Shown: positions 1-9,172 of the stretch, piece after piece
Numbering within the stretch: the first letter of the stretch is position 1
Layout: every line of letters starts with the position of its first letter
From: Polyangiales bacterium
GTDB taxonomy: Bacteria > Myxococcota_A > Polyangia > Polyangiales > Ga0077539
Direction of reading: 5' to 3'
DNA: 64,000 bases
Assembly: GCA_046351515.1 (NCBI GenBank)
Contig: JAXLYJ010000019.1
Span: 80,452 to 144,451, forward strand
Translations under genes and position numbers: made by a program
The notes under the pieces: model-generated
Seen by the model: the letters and a program-made list of their open reading frames with translations, nothing else
The model's database searches: none
What the model was told of the DNA's origin: nothing

Positions 1-1059
1 TCGGACGGCGCCGAAGGAGCCTACGTCACGGGCTCGGTGAGCACGCGCACGCTGAGCTACCTCGCGCCGCCGATGAGCGCGATGGTCGAGCAAGACCACG
101 TCGTGCGCCGCGCCGGATGCCGCGTGTACGACCTGTTTCGCTCGTTTGGAGCGGGGCCCAATCAGCTCGTCGAGCTCGACCCGGCCAACCCGTACACGCC
201 GCGACGGACGATCACGATCCCGCCGATCGCGATGGTCGGCGCGCCCAACCCGTACGACGTCGTCGAGGTCTCTGCGACCAAGGCGTATCTCGTTCTGTAC
301 AACGGCGCGTCGATTTACGTCTTCAACCCGCAGACCGGGGCGATGACGGGCTCGATCAACCTCTCGATGTTCGCGGGCGCCGATGGAATCCCCGAGGCCG
401 CGCTCATCCACGTCGCCAACGGCCGCGCTTGGGTCGCGCTGCAGCAGCTCAATCGAACGATGGGCTACGCGCCGCCCGCGCAGTCGACGGTGGTCGCGAT
501 CGACACGGCGACGGACACGCTCGCGGACCTCGACTCGGCGACGGCGGGCGTGCAGGCCTCGCTCTCGTTGAACTACGGCAACCCGCAGTCCGCCGCGGCC
601 TCGCCGGACGGACGCTACTGGGTGATCGCGAGCACAGGGACGTTCGGCAACGCAACGGACGGTGGACTCGACGTGCTCGACACGATGACGGGCCGGATCG
701 TGCGCAACGTCGCGGCGTCGACGCTCGGCAGCGATCCGGGCTCGCTCACGATGATCAGCGCGCGCACGGCGTGGGTGGTGACGCGCGCGAGCGGCGACGG
801 CGGAGCGATGACCGCGATCCGCGCGGTGGACATCGTCGACGGAACGATCGCCGCAACCGCAGCGCACACGCGCCCCGAGCCGCTCGGCGCCATTCAGTTC
901 GGCCCCGACGGAAACATCTGGGCCATCAACGGGAGCTTCGGCGCGAACGGCGCGGTGTACGTGATCGCTCCGTCGGGGATGGAGCTGTCTCGCTACGTGC
1001 TTCCGACGCGCGGCGACGCGGGCTCGACCGGGACGTACTCGCTCGCGTTCGCGCCGTGA
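1..1059 (+). CDS. beta-propeller repeat protein (YncE/LVIVD-like), 5' end outside window
   Basis: Frame 1 is open from base 1 (SDGAEGAYVTGS...) into listed ORF 37..1059. Recurrent strand-turn blocks (YVFNPQTG, VVAIDTATDT, YWVIASTG, DVLDTMTG, GNIWAINGS) look like propeller blades. Strong G/C third-position bias. Confidence 0.6.
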   Translation, partial: SDGAEGAYVTGSVSTRTLSYLAPPMSAMVEQDHVVRRAGCRVYDLFRSFGAGPNQLVELDPANPYTPRRTITIPPIAMVGAPNPYDVVEVSATKAYLVLYNGASIYVFNPQTGAMTGSINLSMFAGADGIPEAALIHVANGRAWVALQQLNRTMGYAPPAQSTVVAIDTATDTLADLDSATAGVQASLSLNYGNPQSAAASPDGRYWVIASTGTFGNATDGGLDVLDTMTGRIVRNVAASTLGSDPGSLTMISARTAWVVTRASGDGGAMTAIRAVDIVDGTIAATAAHTRPEPLGAIQFGPDGNIWAINGSFGANGAVYVIAPSGMELSRYVLPTRGDAGSTGTYSLAFAP

Positions 1060-1070
1060 GGGCCGCGGAG

Positions 1071-1802
1071 ATGAAGCGCACACACAATCAAACAACGTGG
1101 AAATTCTCTGTACTCACAGCGTTGATTTCTGGCTGTGGTCCGCTTCCGTCCGCGCCCGACGGCGCAGCCGCGCCCGACAGCGCCGCGGTGTCCGCGGACG
1201 CAGCGGCGGGTGATGGAGCGAGCGTCGTCGGTGACGCGAGCCCGACGACGAGCGTGAACAGCGGCGCGAGCGTGGTCGAGTTCGCTCCGGGGCCCGGCGC
1301 GGGCTTCGGCCAATCGCGCATGCCCGACGTGGTGCTCGGCGTTCCGCAAGGGACCGGCGACATGCTCGGCTCGACGCACGTGGTCTCGCTCGGCCGCGGC
1401 GGAAGGATCTGCCTTCGCATGAGCGCGCCCATCGAAGACGGCCCCGGCGCGGACTTCATCGTCTTCGAGAACCCGTTCTTCGTCGCAGGCTTGGACCAGT
1501 CCTTCATCGAGCTCGGCGAGGTCTCGGTCAGCGACGACGGCCAACGCTTCGTCACGTTCGACTGCCAGCGAAGCGCTCCGTACCGCGGGTGCGCGGGCGT
1601 CACGCCGGTGTACTCGAACTCGAACAACGGGATCGATCCCACCGACCCGCGCTACGCAGGCGGCGACGCCTTCGACTTGAGCGCGGTGTCTCTCTCGCGC
1701 GCCACGGTCGTGTGCATCCGCGACCTCGAGACGCTGGCTCCGATGCCCCCCTCGTCGGGCTTCGACCTCGACGCGATCGTCGCTGTGCGATCGCCGCGCT
1801 GA
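1071..1802 (+). CDS. hypothetical secreted lipoprotein
   Basis: ATG 1071 lies inside listed ORF 117..1802. The N-terminus MKRTHNQTTWKFSVLTALISGC is a signal peptide plus lipobox Cys, followed by an Ala/Asp/Ser linker and a globular domain (FIVFENPFF, VSVSDDGQRFVTFDC). The ORF upstream of 1071 is an Arg-rich alternate frame of the preceding gene. Confidence 0.65.
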   Translation: MKRTHNQTTWKFSVLTALISGCGPLPSAPDGAAAPDSAAVSADAAAGDGASVVGDASPTTSVNSGASVVEFAPGPGAGFGQSRMPDVVLGVPQGTGDMLGSTHVVSLGRGGRICLRMSAPIEDGPGADFIVFENPFFVAGLDQSFIELGEVSVSDDGQRFVTFDCQRSAPYRGCAGVTPVYSNSNNGIDPTDPRYAGGDAFDLSAVSLSRATVVCIRDLETLAPMPPSSGFDLDAIVAVRSPR

Positions 1803-1808
1803 GCGCCG

Positions 1809-3476
1809 CTACGGGCTCGCCGCGAGGCGCAGCGAATAGTTGGCGCTGTTGCCGTTGCCTCCGTCGCGGACGTAGATCAAGTACGTGCCAGGATCGAGCG
1901 CGCGAGAGATCGTTTCGACCTGGGTTTCTCCACGCGAGCTCGCGATCTCATCCGAGCGCTGGTCGCGCAGCTCGAGGTCGAGGTCGCTGTGGTCTCGGCC
2001 ACGCCCCGTCCCGGTGATGGTCAACGTGATGGTGACCGTCGCGCGTCGCGCGAGCACGACGCGATACGCGTGCGTCGCGTCCAAGCCGTTGACCGGATTG
2101 GCTCGCCCGCCGCTCGGCGCCGGCTCGGTGAGCCCGTCGATCTTGCCGCGCGCGGTCCCGTTGACCGCCAGCGCGAGCGGCCATGGATCGGGCTCGTTCG
2201 CCGCGGGATAGCGAATGTTCTGGTTCGTCGGGCTCGCGAGGATCGTGCGCGCCTGCGCCTCGGTGAGCGCGTGCTGCGCGACGAGGAACCGCAGAAACGA
2301 GACCAGCGACGGATACGCGTTCGGCGCGCGCGCCATCGCGATCATCTCGTTGAACACCCGCGCTGGGCCGAGCGAGACGCCGTCGTTGTCGCGATCGGTC
2401 AGCGCTCCGATCGGCTGCGGTCCGTCGGACAGATCCCAGAGCACTTCTTCGACGGTGCGCTGCGAGCCCAGCCCGCGCAGGGCGTTGGCCGGCAGCTGCT
2501 CCAAGTCATCGTCTTGGCGAAGCTGCCCCGAGGGCTCGATGCCCACCGCGTCGCGGTAGCGCGAGTCGTTGAGGATCGCGCTGGCGAACCACGTGGCGCG
2601 GCCTTCTTCCCAGGCGACGCCTGGGTCGGTGTTGACCGTCGCAGGGTGCATTCCGCCGATCGACGAGTCGGACGAGAGCGTGTCGAATACGAAGTGACCG
2701 AACTCGTGGAGGATGATGTAGATGTCGTGCTGATCCGCATCGGTGGTGGCGAGCTGATTGCGAACGCCGCCCATGAGCTCGAGCGCGAAGCGTCCCGAGC
2801 GCGCGGGGCGCTCGCCGCGGTAGTAGCTCCAGTCCGTCCCGCTCGCGTGCGACCAGATGACGAAGAACGGCGCGAGCTCGCGACCCGACCAGCGATACAC
2901 GGTGTCCATCCCGGTCACGAGCGTGTCGAGGATGTGAAACGCGCCGCCCTCCGCGCGCGGCTCTGCGAGCGAGGCGTGCAGCGAGAGCGTGGTGGTGCCG
3001 GGGACGAAGCGCGCGGCGATCTCGTACGGCTGCGTTCCGTTGCGATCGGGCGCGACGTCGATGCGCATCGCGGGAGCGCACAGCGTCGTGCCCTGCGCCG
3101 TGCGCGGAGGGCATCGTCGAAGCTGCTGCACCGACGAGACCGCGACGATCCGCGCGGTGTTGGGCGGCGCTTCGAGCGTGTATTGCCCGCGCTCATCCGT
3201 GCTCGTCTGTCGCAGCGTGCGCCCTTGCGCGTCCACGGCGCGCACGATCACCCAACGGGACGGGCGCGTCGTCGTCGTCGCCGCGTAGCCGCGATCGGTG
3301 AGCGAGCGAAACTCGTAGGTGACCGCGCCTCGCAGGGTCACGGGCTGCGCGGGACGAATCGCGCGAAGGGCGAGGCGCTGCGCGGGGGACTCTTTCGAAC
3401 GTTGCGCCGACGATTGCGTGCACGAGAGCAGCGCTGCGAGCGCGAGGCCCGAGAGCGGACGGAGGTTCACGATCAC
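1809..3476 (-). CDS. secreted zinc metalloprotease with C-terminal pre-peptidase (PPC)-like domain
   Basis: 555 aa with a GTG start. Signal/lipobox LALAALLSC. HExxH zinc site in IILHEFGHFVFD. The C-terminal beta-domain (YRVVLARRATVTITLT...GTYLIYVRDGG) resembles bacterial PPC domains. Confidence 0.75.
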   Translation of the reverse strand: MIVNLRPLSGLALAALLSCTQSSAQRSKESPAQRLALRAIRPAQPVTLRGAVTYEFRSLTDRGYAATTTTRPSRWVIVRAVDAQGRTLRQTSTDERGQYTLEAPPNTARIVAVSSVQQLRRCPPRTAQGTTLCAPAMRIDVAPDRNGTQPYEIAARFVPGTTTLSLHASLAEPRAEGGAFHILDTLVTGMDTVYRWSGRELAPFFVIWSHASGTDWSYYRGERPARSGRFALELMGGVRNQLATTDADQHDIYIILHEFGHFVFDTLSSDSSIGGMHPATVNTDPGVAWEEGRATWFASAILNDSRYRDAVGIEPSGQLRQDDDLEQLPANALRGLGSQRTVEEVLWDLSDGPQPIGALTDRDNDGVSLGPARVFNEMIAMARAPNAYPSLVSFLRFLVAQHALTEAQARTILASPTNQNIRYPAANEPDPWPLALAVNGTARGKIDGLTEPAPSGGRANPVNGLDATHAYRVVLARRATVTITLTITGTGRGRDHSDLDLELRDQRSDEIASSRGETQVETISRALDPGTYLIYVRDGGNGNSANYSLRLAASP

Positions 3477-3543
3477 GAGAGAGTAGCGCGAATCATCGAG
3501 CGCACTCGCGGGGCAGAAACTGCGCTACTGTCGAGGCTGGCGG

Positions 3544-3696
3544 ATGGAGCCCGGAGGACCGTATCGATTCAGCGCGAAGCGACGAGCCGCGAGGCGCCCT
3601 GGGCTGAAGGGCTCGGTGGTGCTCGCCGGCACGGTGTTGTTTGCGGCGCTCACGATCGGGACGATTTTGCTCTTCGCCGAGGTGCTGGCGCGGTGA
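3544..3696 (+). CDS. possible 50-aa single-pass membrane mini-protein
   Basis: ATG 3544 to TGA 3694-3696 encodes MEPGGPYRFSAKRRAARRPGLKGSVVLAGTVLFAALTIGTILLFAEVLAR, a basic N-terminus followed by one hydrophobic helix. The stop overlaps the GTG 3693 of the next gene (GTGA). It is below the ORF-track length cutoff. Confidence 0.3.
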   Translation: MEPGGPYRFSAKRRAARRPGLKGSVVLAGTVLFAALTIGTILLFAEVLAR

Positions 3697-4655
3697 AGGT
3701 GCGTTGGAGGATCGAGGCGCTCGGCGCGCACGCGCTCGCGCTCGCGGGCTGCGTCGGCTCGTGCGGCGGCAACCCTGTGCTCGCCGAGAAGCGCAGCGAA
3801 CAGTGGAACGCGACGGTGCGCTGCGAGTCACTTCGCAACGTGATCGCGCCCACGATCGGCGGCGGCACGCGGCTTCCTGCGTACAGCGCGCGCGTGCTCT
3901 TCATCGTCGAGGCGTCCGGCGGAAGGCGCGTGCACACGATCGTGCCGGGCGGTCTCATGGACGACGACGATCAGCCCAAGCTCGACGCGACGTGCAGCAG
4001 GCTGCGCGCGACGATCGAGCATCGAGAGAGCGCCGAGGGCACGGTCTTCGCGGCGAGCATCGAGGGCCAATCGCAGAGCGCCGTGATCCTGCGCGCGCCC
4101 AACGGAGCGCTCTTCGCCTCGCCGATGCAGCACCCGGGCGTCGCGAGCGCCGCCGCGCAGACGCACCCCGCCCCGCTCGCGAGCGCCGTCGCGATGCTCA
4201 CGGACGGGACGCTCAAGGACGCGGCGGGCTCGGCGGTGTTCGACGCGATCGACGACGGTGCGCTACGCGCGAATCGACCAGCGTTTTTGCAGGCCGCCGA
4301 GCGTTGCAACGCGCCGACGTGGCTCGTGGGGCAGCTGCTTCGCCAGGCGCCCGACGAGACCGCAGATCGCTTGTTCGAAGCGACGTACGTGCGCGCGAGC
4401 TGCTCGCGCTCGAGGCTCGCCTTCGAAGACCCGGCGCGCGACCTCGCGGGCCCGCGCGTGCGCCGTTGGATCGACGCGAACCGCGCGGCGCTCGAGTGGC
4501 CGGCGGGCATCGAGCGCTATGCGGAAGAGCACTCGATTCGACATGGCGCAGAAGTCGCAGTCGACGGCGGAGCGACCAACGCGAGCGCAGCGACCGACGC
4601 GGGCTCGAGCGACTCAGCGACGACGGCGACGGGGCGCGCTCGCGTCCGGCGCTGA
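3693..4655 (+). CDS. hypothetical lipoprotein
   Basis: GTG 3693 lies inside listed ORF 1989..4655. VKVRWRIEALGAHALALAGC carries a lipobox. Only the last 320 codons look protein-like; the upstream ~570 codons are antisense to the metalloprotease gene. Confidence 0.5.
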   Translation: MKVRWRIEALGAHALALAGCVGSCGGNPVLAEKRSEQWNATVRCESLRNVIAPTIGGGTRLPAYSARVLFIVEASGGRRVHTIVPGGLMDDDDQPKLDATCSRLRATIEHRESAEGTVFAASIEGQSQSAVILRAPNGALFASPMQHPGVASAAAQTHPAPLASAVAMLTDGTLKDAAGSAVFDAIDDGALRANRPAFLQAAERCNAPTWLVGQLLRQAPDETADRLFEATYVRASCSRSRLAFEDPARDLAGPRVRRWIDANRAALEWPAGIERYAEEHSIRHGAEVAVDGGATNASAATDAGSSDSATTATGRARVRR

Positions 4656-5111
4656 CGCGTCGGGCGCAGCGATCACGGCCGCGTCGATCGCGACGGGGCC
4701 TTGCGAGAGCTGCGCGGCGCAGCGCCCGGCTTGGCAGAGGCAGCCTCCGCCGCAATCGAGCGTTCCGGGGCGGCAGTCCATGGTGCACATGATCCCCTCG
4801 CACGCGGGGCGACGCGCGGCGGGAACGCACGCGGTCGCATGGCAGCAGCCCGCGGGGACGCAATCGCTGTCCGTCGCGCACTCGGCGCCTTCGGGGAGCG
4901 CCGCGGCGGCGTCTGGCGCCGCTGCGCTGGCCGCGTCTTGCGCGGGCTCGGGCCACGAGACCGCACCGGCGTCGGACGACGATCCGCCGCTGCTCAGGCC
5001 GCTCGACGTGCTCGCGTCGTTGTTGCCGGTGCAGTACGCGAGCGAGCCGATCGCGAGCGACGCGAGCGCGGCGATGGTGAAGGGATGACGAAGCGATGAG
5101 CGTTGGTTCAC
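4614..5111 (-). CDS. Cys-rich secreted protein / lipoprotein
   Basis: GTG 5111 inside ORF 4614..5264 gives the signal VNQRSSLRHPFTIAALASLAIGSLAYC. A Ser/Gly/Ala linker follows, then a 12-Cys module ECATDSDCVPAGCCHATACVPAARRPACEGIMCTMDCRPGTLDCGGGCLCQAGRC. The start is uncertain. Confidence 0.5.
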   Translation of the reverse strand: MNQRSSLRHPFTIAALASLAIGSLAYCTGNNDASTSSGLSSGGSSSDAGAVSWPEPAQDAASAAAPDAAAALPEGAECATDSDCVPAGCCHATACVPAARRPACEGIMCTMDCRPGTLDCGGGCLCQAGRCAAQLSQGPVAIDAAVIAAPDASAPDASAPRRRRR

Positions 5112-5270
5112 GACGCGTGATGTATAGCGCGGATGCAGTGTTCGTCGCGCTCGTTGTCGTGCGGCGCCTCGCGAGGGGTCGTCAAAGCAGGGGGCGTGCG
5201 CTAGGGTCCGACGCAGCGTCGATCGCAGGGCATTGCCGTCTCTTTGATCGACGATGAGGAGCAAGAATCG

Positions 5271-6155
5271 ATGGCCGACTCGATCTCGCCGGACTTCGGA
5301 TCGTATGTGACCGACCGAAAGGCTGGCTTCGTAGGCGAATACCCAGGCGATCGCTATGCGTTCTCAGGCGACCTGGAGTTGCAGCGCACGATGCGCAACT
5401 TCGGGCCCATCCAGCTCGCGATCGCGAGCGCGGTGCGCTTGAGCAAAGGGATGCTCGCAGGAGACCTGCTCGGGACGTCCGTGAAGGTGGGGCCGCGGCA
5501 GTTTCCGAAGCTGCACGAGATGGTGCGGCACTGCGCGAACACACTGGGAATCCCCGAGCCGATGGTCTTCATCCAAGGCCGCGTCGACAACATGAACGCG
5601 ATGACCACCGGAACCGAAAAAGAATCGGTGATCATTATTCATGCCTCCACGATCGACAACATGACCGAGGACGAGCTGACCTTCGTGATCGGCCACGAGT
5701 GCGGGCACATCCAGAACGGGCACGTGATCTACCTCACGACCCTGAGCCTCTTGACCCGCGCCGCCTCGCTCTTTCTCGGCCCGCTCGTGCAGCCGGCGCT
5801 GATCGCGCTGCAGACCTGGTCGCGCGCCGCTGAGATCACCTGCGACCGCGCGGGGATGCTCTGCGCGCGCAACGAGAGAGCCGCGACGAGCGCGTTCTCG
5901 AAGCTCGCGATCGGGTCGATGAAGCTCTTCGAGCAGATGAACGTCGAGGAGTTTCTGCGGCAGATCGACGAGGGGCGCGAGGGCTACGGCCGCGCGTCAG
6001 AACTGCTCAAGTCTCACCCGTACATCCCCAAGCGGATCAAAGCCGTGAAGCTGTTCGAAGAGAGCGAGGTCTACCGCAAGCCGGGAGGCCTGGTCGGCGG
6101 CATCGAGCTCTCGGAGCTCGACAAGCAAGTGGCCGAGCTCGTGAAGGTTCTGTGA
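5271..6155 (+). CDS. M48-family zinc metallopeptidase (HtpX/Ste24-like)
   Basis: ATG 5271 is preceded by GAGGAG (5256-5261). HExxH in FVIGHECGHIQNGH. Hydrophobic segments lie downstream, and the C-terminal HPYIPKRI is typical of M48. Confidence 0.8.
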   Translation: MADSISPDFGSYVTDRKAGFVGEYPGDRYAFSGDLELQRTMRNFGPIQLAIASAVRLSKGMLAGDLLGTSVKVGPRQFPKLHEMVRHCANTLGIPEPMVFIQGRVDNMNAMTTGTEKESVIIIHASTIDNMTEDELTFVIGHECGHIQNGHVIYLTTLSLLTRAASLFLGPLVQPALIALQTWSRAAEITCDRAGMLCARNERAATSAFSKLAIGSMKLFEQMNVEEFLRQIDEGREGYGRASELLKSHPYIPKRIKAVKLFEESEVYRKPGGLVGGIELSELDKQVAELVKVL

Positions 6156-6172
6156 AGGAGAAAGAGACTCGA

Positions 6173-8068
6173 ATGACCCTCGACGCACTGACGAAGACCA
6201 AGCAGGACCTCGTCTCCGAACTCGAAGCGCTGGCAGAGCTCGCGCAGGGCTCCGGCGCTCCTTCGCTGCGAGAGCGCATCCTCAACGATCGGCTGCCGCG
6301 GCTGCGCGAAGAGCGCCTCGTGCTCGTCGTGCTCGGCGAGTTCAACCACGGCAAGAGCACCTTCGTAAACGCGCTGCTCGGCGGCTCGATTCTTCCGTCC
6401 GGGATCACTCCTACGACGGCGCTCATCCACGAGGTTCGCCACGGAGAGAGCCCGCGGGCCGAAGTGGTGTTTCGCGCGAAGAGCTCGGGCACCGACGTGA
6501 TCGACCCGCTGCGCGTCGCGGGCGGAGAGCGCAAAGAAGTCCCCTGGGCCAAGATCGCGGACCTGGTCGTGGGAGGAGATCTCATCCCCGACGACGTGCT
6601 TCGCGTCGAGCTCGAGTACCCCGCGAAGGTGCTTGAAAACAAAGTGACGCTCGTCGACACCCCCGGCGTCAACGACCTCAATTTGCAGCGCGCCGAGATC
6701 ACCTACGGCTACGTCCCGAGGGCGGACGCCGTCGTGTTCTTGCTCGACGCGGGGCAGATCCTCAAGGAGAGCGAGCGGCGGTTTCTGCGAGACAAATTGC
6801 TGGGCGCCGGACGGGACCGCATCGTGTTCGCCATCAACAAGGCCGACACGCTCGATGACAGCGAGCGCGAGCAAGTGCTCACGTACGCGAAGAAGCAGCT
6901 CGCGCAGATCGTTCCGGGCGCGCCGACGCTCTTGATCAGCGCCGAGCGCCAGCTCAACGGCGACGAGGCGGGCTCGGGCTTCGTCGAGCTGCGCAAGAAG
7001 CTCGACGAGCTGCTCGGGGACAACCGCCTGCGCATGCTCGTGGACTACGGCGCGGACGAAGGGCTGCGCGTGTCCAACCTGCTCTGGCGCGGGCTCGAAG
7101 TGCGCCGACGCGCGCTCACGATGTCCACCGAAGAGCTCGCTGACCGCATCCGCGCGCTCGAAAAAGACCTCGCAGGAAGCAAGGACACCGTCGCCGAGCG
7201 ACACAAGCGCATCGCCGAAGAAGTGGGCGCCGTTCGCGCGCTCGCCAAGCGCGACCTCACGGCGTTCGCCGAGGAGTTCGCCGCGTCGATCCCCGCGCAG
7301 ATCGAGCAGCAGAGCGCCGACGACGTGCGCCGCTTCCTCTCGGGCTTCATCGAGGACACCTGGAAGAAGTGGCTCGAGCGCGAGGGCGCCCTGCTCGGAG
7401 AGAAGCTCGAGCGCCTCGCCGAAGAGATCGTCGCGATCGTGCAAGAGGACGCGCGCGAGACCAACAAGAAGCTCGAGGCGTTCTTGGGCGAAGGCACCTC
7501 GTCGCTCGACGTGAAGGTCGACACCGTCGCGTACGACGTCAGCGTCTTCGCGCTCGGAGCGTTCGGCGTCGGCGTCATGGTCCTCTCGAACCTCCTCGTC
7601 GGCGGCCTGCTCACCCTCGCGGCGCCCGTGCTCGCGCTGGTCTTCAAGGACCGCGTGGACAAAGAAGTGAAGCGAAAGGCCCTGCAAAACGCGCCGGACG
7701 CCGTGCGCAACGTCGCGCGCAAGATCGAGCCCGAGCTGCTCGGCGCCATCGATCGCTTCGGCGAGAAGCTGGCGGACTTCGTCACCAACGCCAACGAAGA
7801 GCTCCGCCGCAGCCTCATCGAGATCTTGCAGAGCACGAAGAAAGCGCTGGCCGTCGAGCACTCGGACAAGGCCGTGGCGCTCACCGAGGTCGACTCGCTG
7901 CTCGAAAAAGTGCGCGCGCTCAACGAGCGCGTCCGCTTGCTGCGCGGCGCGCTCTGGGAGGTCACCGCCGCAGGAAAGGCCCCCGTCGACGGCGGCGCAG
8001 GCTCGAGCGGCGAAGGCGGCGCCTCGGACGGAGGCTTCGAAGTCCCGAGCGTCCCGGCCGTCGAGTGA
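6173..8068 (+). CDS. bacterial dynamin-like GTPase (BDLP/DynA family)
   Basis: G1 GEFNHGKST, G3 DTPGVND, G4 NKAD. Long coiled-coil stalk. Hydrophobic paddle VSVFALGAFGVGVMVLSNLLVGGLLTLAAPVLALVF. ATG 6173 sits 12 nt after AAGGAG (6155-6160). The alternative GTG 6152 overlaps the M48 stop. Confidence 0.85.
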   Translation: MTLDALTKTKQDLVSELEALAELAQGSGAPSLRERILNDRLPRLREERLVLVVLGEFNHGKSTFVNALLGGSILPSGITPTTALIHEVRHGESPRAEVVFRAKSSGTDVIDPLRVAGGERKEVPWAKIADLVVGGDLIPDDVLRVELEYPAKVLENKVTLVDTPGVNDLNLQRAEITYGYVPRADAVVFLLDAGQILKESERRFLRDKLLGAGRDRIVFAINKADTLDDSEREQVLTYAKKQLAQIVPGAPTLLISAERQLNGDEAGSGFVELRKKLDELLGDNRLRMLVDYGADEGLRVSNLLWRGLEVRRRALTMSTEELADRIRALEKDLAGSKDTVAERHKRIAEEVGAVRALAKRDLTAFAEEFAASIPAQIEQQSADDVRRFLSGFIEDTWKKWLEREGALLGEKLERLAEEIVAIVQEDARETNKKLEAFLGEGTSSLDVKVDTVAYDVSVFALGAFGVGVMVLSNLLVGGLLTLAAPVLALVFKDRVDKEVKRKALQNAPDAVRNVARKIEPELLGAIDRFGEKLADFVTNANEELRRSLIEILQSTKKALAVEHSDKAVALTEVDSLLEKVRALNERVRLLRGALWEVTAAGKAPVDGGAGSSGEGGASDGGFEVPSVPAVE

Positions 8069-8077
8069 TCGTCGCGC

Positions 8078-9013
8078 TCAGCGCGCTCGAGGCGCGCTCG
8101 CGTTCGTCGCGGCGGTGACCGAAGGCCGATCGGCCCGCGCGAGAACGCCGCTCATGCGCTCGAGCACCCGCACCACCGCGCACAGGTCCTTGTCGCCCTC
8201 GCCTTCGCTCACCGCGCGCGCGATGAGGTCGCGCACGGCGATCAACGTCGGGAGCTCCACGCCCACGCGCCTCGCCGCGTCGAGCACGAGCTGCTGATCC
8301 TTGAGCAGCAGCTCGACCGAGAAGTCCGCGGGCTCGAAGCGCCCCTCGATGATCCGCGCCCCCTTGTGCGCGAACATCCCCGAGCGAAACGAGCCCTGGT
8401 CGATCGAGGCGAGCAGCTCTCGCGGATCGAGCCCGAGCCCGACGCCGAGCACGAGCCCCGAGACCAGCCCCGCGAGCATGTGCGCGCCGAGCTGATTGAA
8501 CACGAGCTTGGTCGCCGCGCCCGAGCCCGAAGGCCCGGTCCGTCGCACGCTTCCAAACGTCTGAAGCACGGCAAGCACGCGGTCGATCGCCTCGCACGGA
8601 CCGCCGGCGAGCACCACCAGCGAGCCCTCTTCGGCCGGGACGCGCGAGCCCGAGACCGGCGCGTCGATTAGCGCGACGCCGCGCTCAGCGAGCGACGCGC
8701 GCAACGCGACCAGCGGCGCCGGGCCGACCGTCGAGAGCTCGATGAAGACCGATCCCGGCGCGATCGACGAGAGGATTCCCTCGGGTCCATCGCACACGGC
8801 CGCCAGCGCGGCGGGGTCCGCGAGCATCGTGCACACCACCTCGGCGCCCACGACCGCCTCGGCCGGGCTGCGGGCAACGCGCGCCCCGAGCGCCGCGAAC
8901 GGCGCCGCTCGCGAAGGCGTACGGTTGAAGACCGTCAGCGAATAGCCTGCAGCGATGAGCCTTCGCGCCATCGGCGCGCCCATCGTCCCGAGGCCGAGAA
9001 ACGCCACGTGCAT
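8078..9013 (-). CDS. NAD(P)-dependent oxidoreductase, 3-hydroxyisobutyrate/6-phosphogluconate dehydrogenase family
   Basis: N-terminal Rossmann motif VAFLGLGTMGAPMARRL. Family-typical DAPVSG and GSGAATKLVFN blocks. 311 aa. Confidence 0.85.
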   Translation of the reverse strand: MHVAFLGLGTMGAPMARRLIAAGYSLTVFNRTPSRAAPFAALGARVARSPAEAVVGAEVVCTMLADPAALAAVCDGPEGILSSIAPGSVFIELSTVGPAPLVALRASLAERGVALIDAPVSGSRVPAEEGSLVVLAGGPCEAIDRVLAVLQTFGSVRRTGPSGSGAATKLVFNQLGAHMLAGLVSGLVLGVGLGLDPRELLASIDQGSFRSGMFAHKGARIIEGRFEPADFSVELLLKDQQLVLDAARRVGVELPTLIAVRDLIARAVSEGEGDKDLCAVVRVLERMSGVLARADRPSVTAATNASAPRAR

Positions 9014-9078
9014 CGCGGGCGAGTTATTTCACCAGGACTCGACGCCAGACAAACAACATTGTGAGCAGAGTATTATCC

Positions 9079-9098
9079 ATCCATTGTTTACAATGGAT
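9079..9098. promoter_or_regulatory. perfect 9-2-9 AT-rich palindrome (candidate operator) in a divergent promoter region
   Basis: ATCCATTGT-TT-ACAATGGAT lies in the 159-nt gap between the dehydrogenase gene (minus) and sppA (plus). It is a local AT-rich island (aacaacattgtgagcagagtattatcc...) in otherwise GC-rich DNA. Confidence 0.4.
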
Positions 9099-9172
9099 CT
9101 GCAGCGCCCCGTCGTTCGCGTGAAGGCTTCTCAAACAGCGGCGCGGACTCCACGGTATAGCTCCGTCATCGC

